The notes under the pieces were generated by a model, which worked only from the letters and a program-made list of their open reading frames with translations, made no database searches and was not told the DNA's origin. Source: Candidatus Spongiisociaceae bacterium (GTDB lineage: Bacteria; Actinomycetota; Acidimicrobiia; Spongiisociales; Spongiisociaceae). Taken from it: DNA of 64,000 nt. The first letter of the stretch is position 1, and each line of letters starts with the position of its first letter. Made by a program: the position numbers and the translations under genes. Positions 11,025-21,098 of this stretch are shown one piece after another. The DNA lies in contig OZ241841.1 in assembly GCA_965202665.1 (NCBI GenBank), positions 1,504,001 through 1,568,000 on the forward strand, in the 5' to 3' direction.

Positions 11025-11792
11025 TTGGAGGTCGTTTTGGCGGCGGCGGTAATGCTATCTGATGATGTTCGGGATGGTTCTTTAGGACTGTTTGACCCGT
11101 CGGGGTGGAATGGGGCGTGGCGCCGGTTGGGGTGGAATTTCTGCTGGCGGGAGGGCATGAGGGAGACTTTCCCGCATTCTTCCCAGTTTTTGGACGGCCT
11201 GCCGGGGCGGGTGCGTGAATATCTGTTGGCGCGGGGGGCGCCGGAGGAGGAGGCGGCTGAGGTGTCGGAGTGGGTGAGGCCGCAGTATTTGGGTCAACGT
11301 GAGTGGTGGGAGGATAGGCGTTTGATTTACGAGGAGCACCCGGAGTTTCTACGTCCGTTTCAGGTGGTGCCGGAGTTGCCGGCGTTGATGCGCCGTCCGG
11401 ATGGCCGGGGGGGTTCCCGGGATTTGGTGCAGTTCTCTAAGGACTGGGCGACTCAACCGGCGGATCGGATGACGATGATGGCCTATCCTCCGCCCGCCGG
11501 GACCGAGTGGGGGATTGCTTGCAGTATCGCGACGGTGGTGCATGCGTTGTGCGATTTGGATGAGATGGTCCCGCCGGATTGGGTGTTTGGGTATCGGTCG
11601 CCGGAGACGATGTTGGTGTGGGGTATGCAGACTGTTGATGGGGCAAGGTTGCGGAGGAAGATCATTGGCAAGTCGCCGCCTGCTTGCGAGTTTCATCGTG
11701 TGTTTTTTACTCGGTCGTTTATTGAGGGTCCGTTGTGGGTTAATCCTCCCTCTGTCCGTAAATATGCTGAAAGGTCGGTTGCTGACCTGTGA
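11025..11792 (+). CDS. Hypothetical protein
   Basis: 255-aa ORF with atypical codon usage and a promoter upstream; start uncertain. Confidence 0.65.
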   Translation: MEVVLAAAVMLSDDVRDGSLGLFDPSGWNGAWRRLGWNFCWREGMRETFPHSSQFLDGLPGRVREYLLARGAPEEEAAEVSEWVRPQYLGQREWWEDRRLIYEEHPEFLRPFQVVPELPALMRRPDGRGGSRDLVQFSKDWATQPADRMTMMAYPPPAGTEWGIACSIATVVHALCDLDEMVPPDWVFGYRSPETMLVWGMQTVDGARLRRKIIGKSPPACEFHRVFFTRSFIEGPLWVNPPSVRKYAERSVADL

Positions 11793-11891
11793 TGGAGACA
11801 CCTTCCGGTTCTGATCCTACTGAACTCAACGGGCCGCGTATACTCGGTCGGCCTTGGGGGCATATCACGCAGTCTTTCGCCGGGTAGCGTT

Positions 11892-12698
11892 TCACGCCGA
11901 TGCCCGGAGCAACTCCGTCTCCGGCTCCGCATCCCGTAGCCGTTGCCGGGCGATCTCAACGTATTCCTCGGAGATGTCGATTCCCACGTAACGCCGGCCG
12001 AGCAACATGGCCATTTTGCAGGTCGTTCCCGACCCGCACATCGGGTCCAGCACCACATCCCCTTCGTTGTTCCAAGACAGGATGTGCTCCGCGGCCAGTT
12101 TTTCGGGAAAGACCGCCGGATGTTGAAAGGCGATCTTGTCCTTGGTGGCGCCCCCGTTGCCTACCGCATAGGCCCAGATGTTGGTGCGGGTTTTCTCCTC
12201 TTTCAGGACCGCTTTGCGTTTGCGGTTGATTCCGTCCGGCCGCTTGTTGAAGGTCAGCATCTCCTCCCCGTTGCGGACGGTGGGCGTTTTCAAAGGGTTG
12301 AAAGTTTTGGGAGGCCCCCCTTTGGAGAGCACGAACATGAACTCCCAGCAGTTGGTGTAGGCGTTGGACCGCATAAACGGGGTGTTCTTTTTCTGATAGA
12401 TCATCACATCATGCACCAAGAAGCCGATGTCTTGGAACATCACCGCCTGCCGAAAGCTGGTCATGGACCGGCCGCCCCGGTAGCGGTCCCCCACCACCCA
12501 AACCACCACCCCGCCTTTTTTGGTCACCCGCAACAGCTCCCGGGTCGCCCTCTCGGCGTCGAACCGGTAACCCCGGTAGTCGCGCAATCCGTCGTAGGGG
12601 GGCGAGGTCACGGTCAGGTCAATGGAGTCGTCGGGGAAGCCGCCCATCGCCTCCGTACAGTCGCCGATGTAGAAACGGTTCGTTTCCAGCGGTTCCAC
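11892..12698 (-). CDS. Site-specific DNA methyltransferase (N4-C/N6-A, beta class), orphan
   Basis: TSPPY motif IV precedes HPAVFP and VLDPMCGSGTT (motif I); AGGAGG RBS. Confidence 0.93.
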   Translation of the reverse strand: MEPLETNRFYIGDCTEAMGGFPDDSIDLTVTSPPYDGLRDYRGYRFDAERATRELLRVTKKGGVVVWVVGDRYRGGRSMTSFRQAVMFQDIGFLVHDVMIYQKKNTPFMRSNAYTNCWEFMFVLSKGGPPKTFNPLKTPTVRNGEEMLTFNKRPDGINRKRKAVLKEEKTRTNIWAYAVGNGGATKDKIAFQHPAVFPEKLAAEHILSWNNEGDVVLDPMCGSGTTCKMAMLLGRRYVGIDISEEYVEIARQRLRDAEPETELLRASA

Positions 12699-12799
12699 AG
12701 CCTGCCTCCTTTGGTTGCCTGTTTCATCCCGGCGATTACTTTATGTAGTTCGTCACGGAGGGCCGAGTCGGGATTACGGCCGCTTTCCTTTTGATATTT

Positions 12800-12825
12800 A
12801 ACGTAGGACGGGGGTGTGACAAAAA
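12800..12825 (-). promoter_or_regulatory. PafBC/RecA-NDp-like promoter of the methyltransferase
   Basis: TTTTTGTCAC-N10-TACGTT on the minus strand. Confidence 0.45.
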
Positions 12826-12870
12826 CCTCAAGTCCGGCAAATCTTCGTTGGCGGCCGGGGACGCCCCCGG

Positions 12871-14151
12871 TTATTCGGATTCGGAGGGGGCCGGGGCGGG
12901 GAGGCGGCGCACCCGCAGTTTGCTGATGCGGCGGCGGTTCATGGCCAGCGCGGTCAAAGTCAGGTTGCGGTATTTCACTTGGTCGCCCGGTTGGGGGATG
13001 TGTCCGTACTGGTAGAAGAACAGCCCGGCCAGGGTGGAGTAGGGGCCGTCCTCGATTTCCTCCCCCACCGCCTCCTCCAAATCATCGATGGGAAGGCCCC
13101 CGTCGGCGATCCACGACTGCGGCCCGATGGGGAGCAGGGTCGGATGGCGGGGGTCGTATTCATCCGCCAAATCCCCCACCAACTCGCCCACCAGGTCTTT
13201 GACGGTTACCAGGCCTTCCACCCCGCCGTGTTCGTCCAGCACCACCGCCATCCCGGTGCGGCGGGCCCGCAGGTCCTGCAACACCCGCATCACCGGGGCG
13301 CTTTCCGGCGCGTAGTGGGGTTCCCGCAACGTTTCCCCCACCTCGGCCGCCGACAGGTCCCGGCGGTGCTGGAGCACGTCTTTGGCGTACAAAATCCCCT
13401 GGATGGAGTCCAAATCCCCTTCCTTTCCGATCACCGGAAACCGGGAGTGGGCGGTGTCGGCCACCGCCCGGCCCACCTGTTCGGAGGTGACCGGCAGAGT
13501 CAAGGTCACGATGTCCACCCGGGGTGTCATTATTTCCCGCACCGGTTGGTCGGCCGCCTCGAATAGGCGCTCGATGATTTGCCTCTCCCCCCGGTCGATG
13601 TCGCCGCTCTGTTCGCCCAACGCCGCCAAAGCCCGGATGTCGGCCGGGGTGATGGACTGCCCGCCTCCCCGTTCTATGCGCAACAGGCGCAAAATCCCCC
13701 TCCCCAAACCCACGAACAGCCGGGACAGGGGGCCGATTCCCACCGCCAGGCCCCGGATGGGGGTGGCGGCGATCAGGCCGTAGCGCTCCGGGCGGCGGGC
13801 GGCCAAAGTTTTGGGGGTCACCTCCCCGAAGATCAGCACCAGCACGGTCACCGTCAGGGTGGACAGGACCGTTCCCCATCCTTCCCCCACCAAGGATATG
13901 GCGATGACGGAGGCCAGGGAGGTAGCCAGGATGTTGACGAAGTTGTTGGCGACGAGAATGGCGCTGATGGAGCCTTCCAAATCGTCGACCAGGATTTGCA
14001 GGCGCCGCCCACTTTTTCCGGTGGCCGCCAGTTGGTGGATGCGCTCCCGGGGGACGGCGGTCAAGGCGGTTTCGCTGCCGGATAGAAACCCGGAGGCCAG
14101 CAGGCACAGCCCGAATACGGCCAGCAGGATGATGCGCGCCGCGTCGGTCAT
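12871..14151 (-). CDS. HlyC/CorC (CNNM-CBS-CorC) family transporter
   Basis: FLSGSETAL, FGEVTPKTLA, CBS pair (IMTPRVDI, HSRFPV, DEHGGVEGLVT) and a CorC tail. Confidence 0.92.
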   Translation of the reverse strand: MTDAARIILLAVFGLCLLASGFLSGSETALTAVPRERIHQLAATGKSGRRLQILVDDLEGSISAILVANNFVNILATSLASVIAISLVGEGWGTVLSTLTVTVLVLIFGEVTPKTLAARRPERYGLIAATPIRGLAVGIGPLSRLFVGLGRGILRLLRIERGGGQSITPADIRALAALGEQSGDIDRGERQIIERLFEAADQPVREIMTPRVDIVTLTLPVTSEQVGRAVADTAHSRFPVIGKEGDLDSIQGILYAKDVLQHRRDLSAAEVGETLREPHYAPESAPVMRVLQDLRARRTGMAVVLDEHGGVEGLVTVKDLVGELVGDLADEYDPRHPTLLPIGPQSWIADGGLPIDDLEEAVGEEIEDGPYSTLAGLFFYQYGHIPQPGDQVKYRNLTLTALAMNRRRISKLRVRRLPAPAPSESE

Positions 14152-14176
14152 CGTTTTCCCCCGCAGGCGGCGCGGA

Positions 14177-14536
14177 TCAGGCCTCCGCTCCGGCCGCGGC
14201 CGGCCCCCCCAGCGCGGAACGCAGTTCCTGGGCGGTGAAAGGCTTCAGAAGCCAGCCGTCGGCCCCGGCCCGGCGGGCCAGGAACTCGTCCGCCCGGCGG
14301 TCCAGCAACAGGATTATGGGGGTCCCGGCGGGCAAGGTCCCTTTCAGGGCCCGGATGACGGCCATCCCTCCCATGGAGCCCACCTGCATGTCCACCAGGG
14401 CAGCTTCGGCTTCGGGCGCCTCCATTTGCTCCACCAGCCCCGGGTCGGTTATTTCCATCAGCTCGGCCCATCCGCCCAGGACGGCCCGCACCCGGTTTCT
14501 GACCCAGGGGGCGTCGGCTACTACCATCACTTTCAC
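14177..14536 (-). CDS. Single-domain response regulator
   Basis: Receiver domain motifs VVAD, LVDMQ and LKPF. Confidence 0.85.
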   Translation of the reverse strand: MKVMVVADAPWVRNRVRAVLGGWAELMEITDPGLVEQMEAPEAEAALVDMQVGSMGGMAVIRALKGTLPAGTPIILLLDRRADEFLARRAGADGWLLKPFTAQELRSALGGPAAAGAEA

Positions 14537-14613
14537 CTCCCCGACTCTAGCCGAATTCGGCGCCTGCGCGTTGCGCGGCGGCCGGCCGGCGGCGATGTTC
14601 TAACATCTGGGCA

Positions 14614-15906
14614 ATGCGCCCCCGGGTCCTCCCCGTTCTCTTGTTGCTGGCCGGCCTCCTGTCCTTCCCGGCGGCCTCCGCGTCCGGTCAGGACGCGGCC
14701 CGGGTGGACGTTATAGAAATCACCGGCCACCTGGACTGGTCGGCGGTGCGGTTTCTGGACGGACGGTTGGACGCCGCCGCCCAAGCCGGGTCGGTGGCGG
14801 CCGTCATTCAACTGGACTCCCGGGCTTCCCTGTCCCGGGATGTGCATCATCTGATCACCCGCCTGGCCGACCCGCCGTTGCCGGTGGCGGTGTGGATCGG
14901 CCCCGCCCCCGCTTACGCCTACGGGGGGGCGGCCCATCTGTTGGCGGCCGCCCCCATCCGGGCCGCCGCCCCGGGGGCCCGCATCGGTTTTTCCCAGCCG
15001 GTGGTGGCCGGCGAATCCGACTCCGGGGGATGGCGGACGGCCCCCAGCGCCCCCGGCCCGCCCGCCGGTTACCGGAGCCGGGCGGTGGAGGTGACGGAGC
15101 CCATCGCCGGGTTGGTGGACGTAGTGGCCCCTTCCCTCAACAACCTGTTGGTGGAAATGGACGGGATGACGGCGACGGTGCGGGGATCGGAGGTGGTTTT
15201 GGACACGGTGCGGGAAACGGCCGACGGAACCGCCGCCCTGCCGGCCGTGTTCTCCGAACCGGGTTTGGGAACGAGAACCTTGCGCATCGCCGTCGGAGCG
15301 GAGGCGGCTTTCTTCTTTCTGGTGACCGGGTTGGCCGTGGCCGCCTTCGAGTTTTACGCCCTAGGGCCGGGCATCGCGGCCGGGGTGGCCGCCCTGTGCC
15401 TGCTCATCGCCGGTTACGGGCTGGGGTCGTTGCCGTTGCGGTGGTGGGCCGTGGCGCTCACTTTGGCGGCGCTGGCGGCGATGACCGCCGATTTTCAGCG
15501 GGGCCGGGCCGGGCCGCTCACCGCCCTGGGGGCGGGGATGTTGTTCGCGGGCGGGTTGTTTTTCACCGACGCCGCCCCCCAGATCGTCCCCTCCTGGTGG
15601 ATTGTGGCCTTAATGGTTCTTTCCGTCGCCGCCTTCTACGTGTTCGCCATGCGCACCGTGGCCCGGGCCCGTTTCTCCACGCCCGCCATCGGCCGGGGAT
15701 ACCTGGTGGGGCGGCGGGGACGGGCGGTGACCCGGTTCGCCCCGGACGGGGTGGTGGAAGTGGACGGGGCCCGTTGGCGGGCCACCGCCGCCCGCGCCGC
15801 GGGTTTGGCGGAGGGCGATGAGGTGATGGTGGAAGAAGTTCAGGGGGCGTTTCTGGCCGTGGCCCCGGCCGAGCCCCCGCCCTCCCCCGCCGCCCCCCCG
15901 GATTGA
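14614..15906 (+). CDS. NfeD family membrane protein
   Basis: Signal peptide, ClpP-like domain (VIQLDS, VAVWIGP), TM core and C-terminal OB domain (GVVEVDGARWRA). Confidence 0.85.
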   Translation: MRPRVLPVLLLLAGLLSFPAASASGQDAARVDVIEITGHLDWSAVRFLDGRLDAAAQAGSVAAVIQLDSRASLSRDVHHLITRLADPPLPVAVWIGPAPAYAYGGAAHLLAAAPIRAAAPGARIGFSQPVVAGESDSGGWRTAPSAPGPPAGYRSRAVEVTEPIAGLVDVVAPSLNNLLVEMDGMTATVRGSEVVLDTVRETADGTAALPAVFSEPGLGTRTLRIAVGAEAAFFFLVTGLAVAAFEFYALGPGIAAGVAALCLLIAGYGLGSLPLRWWAVALTLAALAAMTADFQRGRAGPLTALGAGMLFAGGLFFTDAAPQIVPSWWIVALMVLSVAAFYVFAMRTVARARFSTPAIGRGYLVGRRGRAVTRFAPDGVVEVDGARWRATAARAAGLAEGDEVMVEEVQGAFLAVAPAEPPPSPAAPPD

Positions 15907-16008
15907 GAACGCGAAAAAAACATTACGGGTTTTGCCGCGCCGCCCAATTCCGGTGTAGGGTTGGCGATTACAACCTGGCAGGCGGAGATGAGGAGGAGGG
16001 CGTTTCCC

Positions 16009-16263
16009 ATGTCACATGAAGATTCTTGGCAGTCGCGGGCCCGTTGCCGGGATAGCCACGCGCACCTGTTTTTCCCCCGGTCCGCCGTCGAGCGCAAAGA
16101 GGAGCGCGAAAACCGCGAGCGGCGCGCCCAGGCCATTTGCCGGGTGTGCACCGTGACCCAGGAATGCCTGGACTTCGCGCTCGACATCCAGGAGCCCTAC
16201 GGCATCTGGGGGGGCCGCACCGAGGCCCAACGCCGGGAGCTCCTAGCCGGAGCCGCAACCTAA
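16009..16263 (+). CDS. WhiB family transcriptional regulator
   Basis: WQSRARC...LFF...ICRVCTVTQEC...YGIWGG with four Cys; AGGAGG RBS. Confidence 0.93.
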   Translation: MSHEDSWQSRARCRDSHAHLFFPRSAVERKEERENRERRAQAICRVCTVTQECLDFALDIQEPYGIWGGRTEAQRRELLAGAAT

Positions 16264-16367
16264 CCCCCTTCCAAGCAGGTTCCAGCAGACGGAACGCCGC
16301 GGGAGGGGTAAGCGTAAGATAAACGAGAGAAAGCTTGGTTATACCAGATTTGGGTAAAGGGAAGGTG

Positions 16368-17477
16368 ATGTTGAGGGCGAAGATATTGTCGTTGCTGATT
16401 TTGTTGGTTGCTTTGATCTCCTGCGGCAAAGACCAAGGAGCCACTTTAGGGGTGGGGAGGGTCTATCTGGAAGAGGTGGTTCCGCCTTGTATTCCTACCC
16501 TTTCTGAGCCGGATCCTTGTCCAGTGGGTATGCCCATCAATACGAATCCTTCTTCATCTTCCCTTAAATATATGCGTAGTGTTCCCACTTTTCTTGAGAG
16601 ATTGGTCACTGACGACAGAAGTCTCTTGCTTGTTCCTCATATAGTGATAAGGGGAACTATGCTAACGGGTACGACTAGATGCGATAGATATCCTGCTATA
16701 GTACCTGATTATTTGGATATGCAATTATCGCCTGAAGGAACTTTTTACTGTTTTATCGATGTTGAGGTAAAAGAATATATTATTGGCGAAGGTCCAAAAA
16801 TTATACCTGTAATAATGTTTAGATCTAATCTATGGCCCTATGTAGATGATGAGGGTAATCGAACACAGGATGGTATTCTTTTTCTGGATAAAATGAAAGA
16901 AACTACCATACTAAGATACGAAGGTAAGGAAATGGTGCTATTTCTTAGCATTCCCTTCACGTTGGGCGTAGAGGCTTGGGGTACCATTGGAGGGGGGGAT
17001 AGGTGGTTTGTGCAACAGGCTGATGATGGGATTCGTGGTGTGGCGCAGAATATTTGGTTGGCGAGAAATGATGAGATGCGTAGCAAATTGAATTTGCCGT
17101 TGGATGAGTTGGTAGAAGGGATTAAGAAAGCCTCCCGGAAACGTGTTAGGATAACCGATGGGCGTATAGGAATCGATACTGATTTGCCTATGTTGGTGAC
17201 GGATGTTCATGACTTACGTGTTTTTTATACGACGGTCGGTGCTGTTTATGAAGGGGAGGGGGCTACAGTGTTGCCGCCGCCAGTTCCCGGGGAGGATGAT
17301 CCTGCTCCACCTACCATTCCGGTTAATGAAGAGACAGCTGGTTCGTCAGTACCGCTTCCAGGCGAAGAAACTAACACCCCTTCGTCGACCGATGACGCTG
17401 GAACAACCACCACCTCCACTTCCGTGTCTACTACTACTACTACTACTACCACCACCGAGGTGGCAGAATCTGCATGA
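16368..17477 (+). CDS. Putative lipoprotein of unknown function (paralog 1)
   Basis: LISC lipobox, low GC and a Thr-rich C-terminal tail. Confidence 0.8.
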   Translation: MLRAKILSLLILLVALISCGKDQGATLGVGRVYLEEVVPPCIPTLSEPDPCPVGMPINTNPSSSSLKYMRSVPTFLERLVTDDRSLLLVPHIVIRGTMLTGTTRCDRYPAIVPDYLDMQLSPEGTFYCFIDVEVKEYIIGEGPKIIPVIMFRSNLWPYVDDEGNRTQDGILFLDKMKETTILRYEGKEMVLFLSIPFTLGVEAWGTIGGGDRWFVQQADDGIRGVAQNIWLARNDEMRSKLNLPLDELVEGIKKASRKRVRITDGRIGIDTDLPMLVTDVHDLRVFYTTVGAVYEGEGATVLPPPVPGEDDPAPPTIPVNEETAGSSVPLPGEETNTPSSTDDAGTTTTSTSVSTTTTTTTTTEVAESA

Positions 17478-18435
17478 AAGGGGATATAATGGTTAGGGCA
17501 CCTATGTTGTTATTGTTAGTATTGTTGGTTGCTTTGATCTCCTGTGGCAAAGATCAGGGAGCCACTTTAGGGGCGGGGAGGGTCTATCTGGAAGAGGTGG
17601 TTCCGCCTTGTATTCCTACCCTTTCGGAGCCGGATCCTTGTCCAGTGGGTATGCCCATCCATACAAATACTTCTTCATCTTCTCTTAGTTATATGGAAAG
17701 TGTCCCTACTTTTCTTGAGAGATTGGTTACTGACAACGAAAGCCTTTTGCTTGTTCCTCATATAGTGATAAGGGGAACTATGCTAACAGGTACGACTAGA
17801 TGCGATAGATATCCTGATATAATACCTGATTATTTGGATCTGCCACTATTACCTGCTGGTATCTTTTACTGTTTTATCGATGTTGAGGTAAAGGAATATG
17901 TCATTGGTGAAGGCCCAAAAATTATACCTGTAATAATGTATAGAAATAATCTACTTGGCTATATATTTGAACGGGGCTATATAGATGATGAAGGTAAACT
18001 GACACAGGATGGTATTCTTTTTCTAGACAAAAAGAAAGAAGATACTATACTTAAGTACGAAGGTAAGGAAATGGTGCTATTTCTTAGTATTCCGTTCACG
18101 TTGGGTGTGGAGGCTTGGGGTACCATTGGAGGGGGGGATAGGTGGTTTGTGCAACAGGCTGATGATGGGATTCGTGCTGTGGCGCAAAATATTTGGTTGG
18201 CGAGAAATGATGAGATGCGTAGCAAATTGAATTTGCCGTTGGATGAGTTGGTAGAAGGGATCAAGAAAGCCTCCCGGCAACGTGTTAGGATAACCGATGG
18301 ACGTATAGGAATCGATACTGATTTGCCTATGTTGGTGACGGATGTTCACGACTTACGTGTTTTTTATACGACGGTCGGTGCTGTTTATGAGGGAGAGGGT
18401 GCTACAGTGTTGCCGCCCCCTGTCCCCGGGGAGGA
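16400..18435 (+). repeat. Tandem gene duplication (about 16400-17295 vs 17520-18435)
   Basis: Long near-identical nucleotide blocks in the two lipoprotein genes. Confidence 0.9.
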
Positions 18436-18475
18436 ATCGACGAATACGGCTGCCGCATCTGTAGTTGAGAGTTAA
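17489..18475 (+). CDS. Putative lipoprotein of unknown function (paralog 2)
   Basis: LISC lipobox; highly similar to 16368-17477. Confidence 0.8.
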   Translation: MVRAPMLLLLVLLVALISCGKDQGATLGAGRVYLEEVVPPCIPTLSEPDPCPVGMPIHTNTSSSSLSYMESVPTFLERLVTDNESLLLVPHIVIRGTMLTGTTRCDRYPDIIPDYLDLPLLPAGIFYCFIDVEVKEYVIGEGPKIIPVIMYRNNLLGYIFERGYIDDEGKLTQDGILFLDKKKEDTILKYEGKEMVLFLSIPFTLGVEAWGTIGGGDRWFVQQADDGIRAVAQNIWLARNDEMRSKLNLPLDELVEGIKKASRQRVRITDGRIGIDTDLPMLVTDVHDLRVFYTTVGAVYEGEGATVLPPPVPGEESTNTAAASVVES

Positions 18476-19578
18476 GATACTACTTTCATCATGGTGCTTT
18501 GGCCGGGGGCGGTGCGCACTCGTCGGTAGCCGAGCAGGGCTGGGTCGGGTTCTTCTACGCCGGTGTCCACTCGCAACACGGGCGGGTCCAGGCTCCGCAG
18601 TTTTTCCTCGCTGGCCAGAATTATCACATTGTCCTCCCCCACCCGCCTGATGACCGCCGGGCTCAGTTGCTGGTTGCCCCGCCCCAGCAGGAACCCCTGG
18701 CCTCCGATGACCCCCAGGATTATGGTCGCTTCCCGTCCCTCCGCCAACAGTTCCAGCAATCGGGCCTCGGACGCATCCCGGGCCGCCAGCCTCCCGTCCG
18801 CTACCGCATCCACCCCCGCCGTCGTCCCTTCCAAACCCAGATGCTGCATCACCAAGCCGACGGTGGCCCCCGGCCCCAAAATGTAGAGGCGGCCCGCCTC
18901 CATCGCCCCGGCTATCTCCGCGCACAGCAGATCCAAGAGGCGGTCGTCCCCCGCAGGAGAGGCCGCCTTGCCGGACTGCAGAAGCCCCCGCGCATAGGGG
19001 ACGGAGGCCAGCACAAACCCGCCCACCTCCCCGCTGTCGGGTGAAACGTCCAACACTTCCCTTTTCCGCAACGAAGTCCCGCCGGGGTCTTTTAGAAACC
19101 GGGCGGCCAGCTCCCCGGCCGCCTCCGGGGCGCCTCCGAACACCGCGGAATGCATTTTCACCCCGGTCGGAATCCCCAGCAACGGCGTCCGGCAACCGAC
19201 CGCCTCCGCAATGTCGCGGGCCGTCCCGTCCCCCCCGGCGAACAGGATCAGGTCGGCCCCCGCCTCCTGCATGGCCCGGGCCGCGGCCTGCGTGTCCCCC
19301 CGGGTGGTCGGAGCGGACGGGGGCGGCCCCGCCGTCTCCGCTTCCCACCCCAGCGACCGGACGATGTCCTCTCCCATCGGCCCGCCGGCGGCCAGCACCC
19401 GCGCCCCCGGCGCCGCCCCCAGCCGGCGCAATCCCCGCACCGCCCGTTTGCCGGCGATGGGGACCGCCCCCAAAGCCTCCGCCCGGCGCCGGGCGTCCCC
19501 GTCGGTGCCGTGCAATCCGACCGAGCCGCCCATGCCTGCGATGGGGTTGATGATCACCCCCAGAATCTTGGAACTCAT
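18472..19578 (-). CDS. ATP-NAD kinase family protein
   Basis: INPIAGMGG, FAGGDGTARD, GVKMHSAVF and GQGFLLGRGNQQ. Confidence 0.88.
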   Translation of the reverse strand: MSSKILGVIINPIAGMGGSVGLHGTDGDARRRAEALGAVPIAGKRAVRGLRRLGAAPGARVLAAGGPMGEDIVRSLGWEAETAGPPPSAPTTRGDTQAAARAMQEAGADLILFAGGDGTARDIAEAVGCRTPLLGIPTGVKMHSAVFGGAPEAAGELAARFLKDPGGTSLRKREVLDVSPDSGEVGGFVLASVPYARGLLQSGKAASPAGDDRLLDLLCAEIAGAMEAGRLYILGPGATVGLVMQHLGLEGTTAGVDAVADGRLAARDASEARLLELLAEGREATIILGVIGGQGFLLGRGNQQLSPAVIRRVGEDNVIILASEEKLRSLDPPVLRVDTGVEEPDPALLGYRRVRTAPGQSTMMKVVS

Positions 19579-19700
19579 ACCGGCCAGATTTTAGAAACAA
19601 GGCCCGTCCCGCCGCCCTAAAATCAAAACCGGGCGCCCTTCGCCCCCCAAAGGCTGTACGATGATTCCCGAGCCCGGCCCGCTGTCCGTGTAGGAGGCCC

Positions 19701-21098
19701 ATGACCAAAGCCCATCCCTATATGGCCAACTCCACCGAGCAGGCCAAACGTCGTATGTTGGACGCCATCGGCGTAACCGACGCCGACCGCCTGTTCGAAC
19801 AAATCCCCGCCGACCACATCACCTCCCGGCCTTTCCAACTGCCGGAGCCCCTCACCTCCGAGGTGGAACTGAAACGCCATCTGAGCGACCTGCTCGGCCA
19901 AAACAGAACCTGCGGGGACAACCTCAACTTCCTCGGGGCCGGGGTGTGGCAACATCACGTGCCCGCCGTATGCGATGAAATATGGACCCGCAGTGAATTT
20001 CTGACTTCGGTGTGGGGCACCCCCTCCTCCGACCTGGGCCGCAACCAGGCCTGGTTCGAATTCGCCAGCCAACTGGGGGAACTGTTGGGGATGGAATTCG
20101 TCGGCCTGCCGGTTTACAGCTGGGGGGCGGCGACGGGCCACGCCCTGCGCATGGCGGCCCGCATCACCGGCCGCCGCCGGGTTTTGGTTTCCGACCTGAT
20201 GGACCCGCAACGGCTGGCGGTGGCGCGAACCTACGCCGGCTTTCCCGAACTGCGCGGCCATTTGGAAATAGTCCCGGTGGCCTCCGATTTGGCGACCGGC
20301 CGCTTGGACCTGGCCGACTTGGAGCGCAAACTGGACGGGGAGACGGCCGCCGTCTACTTCGAAACCCCTTCCTATTTGGGGGTTATAGAAGACCAGGCGG
20401 CCCTGATCTCCGCCGTCGCCCGCCGGGCCGGCGCGGAAACGGTGGTGGGAGTGGATCCCGTTTCACTGGGGGTTTTGGCCCCTCCCGCCGCATATGGGGC
20501 CGATATCGCGGTCGGTTCCACCCAGCCGCTCGGAGTCCATATGAACGGCGGAGGCGGGGTGGGCGGTTTCATCGCCACCCGCGACGAAGAACGTTACGCC
20601 CGCCAATACCCCACCCTGCAGGTGAGCATCACCGACACTTTGGCCCCGGGGGAGCGGGGCTTCGGCCTGACCCTGTTCGCCCAGAGCTCCTACGGGTCCC
20701 GGGAGGAAGGCAAAGACTGGACCGGCAATTCGGTTTACCTGTGGACGGTGGCCAACGCGGTCTACATGTCGGTTCTCGGCCCGGAAGGATTCCGGGAACT
20801 GGGCCGGGCGGTCCTGCATGGCAGCCACTACGCCGCCCGCCGCCTGGCCCGGCTCCCCAACGTGACGGTGCGCTGGCCGTCCGGTTTCTTCAAAGAGTTC
20901 GTGGTCGGGTTCGATCGGACGGGACGTTCGACGGCGGAAATCAACCGGGATCTTCTCCGCCGGGGGATTTTCGGAGGCAAAGACTTAAGCGCCGACTTCC
21001 CCCAGCTGGGGCAGAGCGCCCTGTATTGCGTGACCGAAGTCCACACCCGGGCCGACCTGGACCGCCTGGCGGAGGCTTTGGGGGAGGTGACCGGCTGA
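19701..21098 (+). CDS. gcvPA: Glycine cleavage system P protein subunit 1-like (divergent)
   Basis: HPYMAN, FLGAGVWQHHVP, RSEFLT and YGADIAVG-QPLG; several core motifs diverge. Confidence 0.85.
   Translation: MTKAHPYMANSTEQAKRRMLDAIGVTDADRLFEQIPADHITSRPFQLPEPLTSEVELKRHLSDLLGQNRTCGDNLNFLGAGVWQHHVPAVCDEIWTRSEFLTSVWGTPSSDLGRNQAWFEFASQLGELLGMEFVGLPVYSWGAATGHALRMAARITGRRRVLVSDLMDPQRLAVARTYAGFPELRGHLEIVPVASDLATGRLDLADLERKLDGETAAVYFETPSYLGVIEDQAALISAVARRAGAETVVGVDPVSLGVLAPPAAYGADIAVGSTQPLGVHMNGGGGVGGFIATRDEERYARQYPTLQVSITDTLAPGERGFGLTLFAQSSYGSREEGKDWTGNSVYLWTVANAVYMSVLGPEGFRELGRAVLHGSHYAARRLARLPNVTVRWPSGFFKEFVVGFDRTGRSTAEINRDLLRRGIFGGKDLSADFPQLGQSALYCVTEVHTRADLDRLAEALGEVTG

Noticed and set aside
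10338-12830. Integrative element at tRNA-Pro
   Set aside because: The islet lies 5' of the tRNA; no integrase and no duplicated tRNA 3' end were found.
16368-18475. Diversity-generating retroelement TR/VR pair
   Set aside because: Differences are not adenine-specific, include indels and synonymous changes, and there is no reverse transcriptase.
19620-19700. Glycine riboswitch upstream of gcvPA
   Set aside because: The leader is too short and lacks the GGAGA...CCGAAG...CTCTCAGG aptamer motifs.
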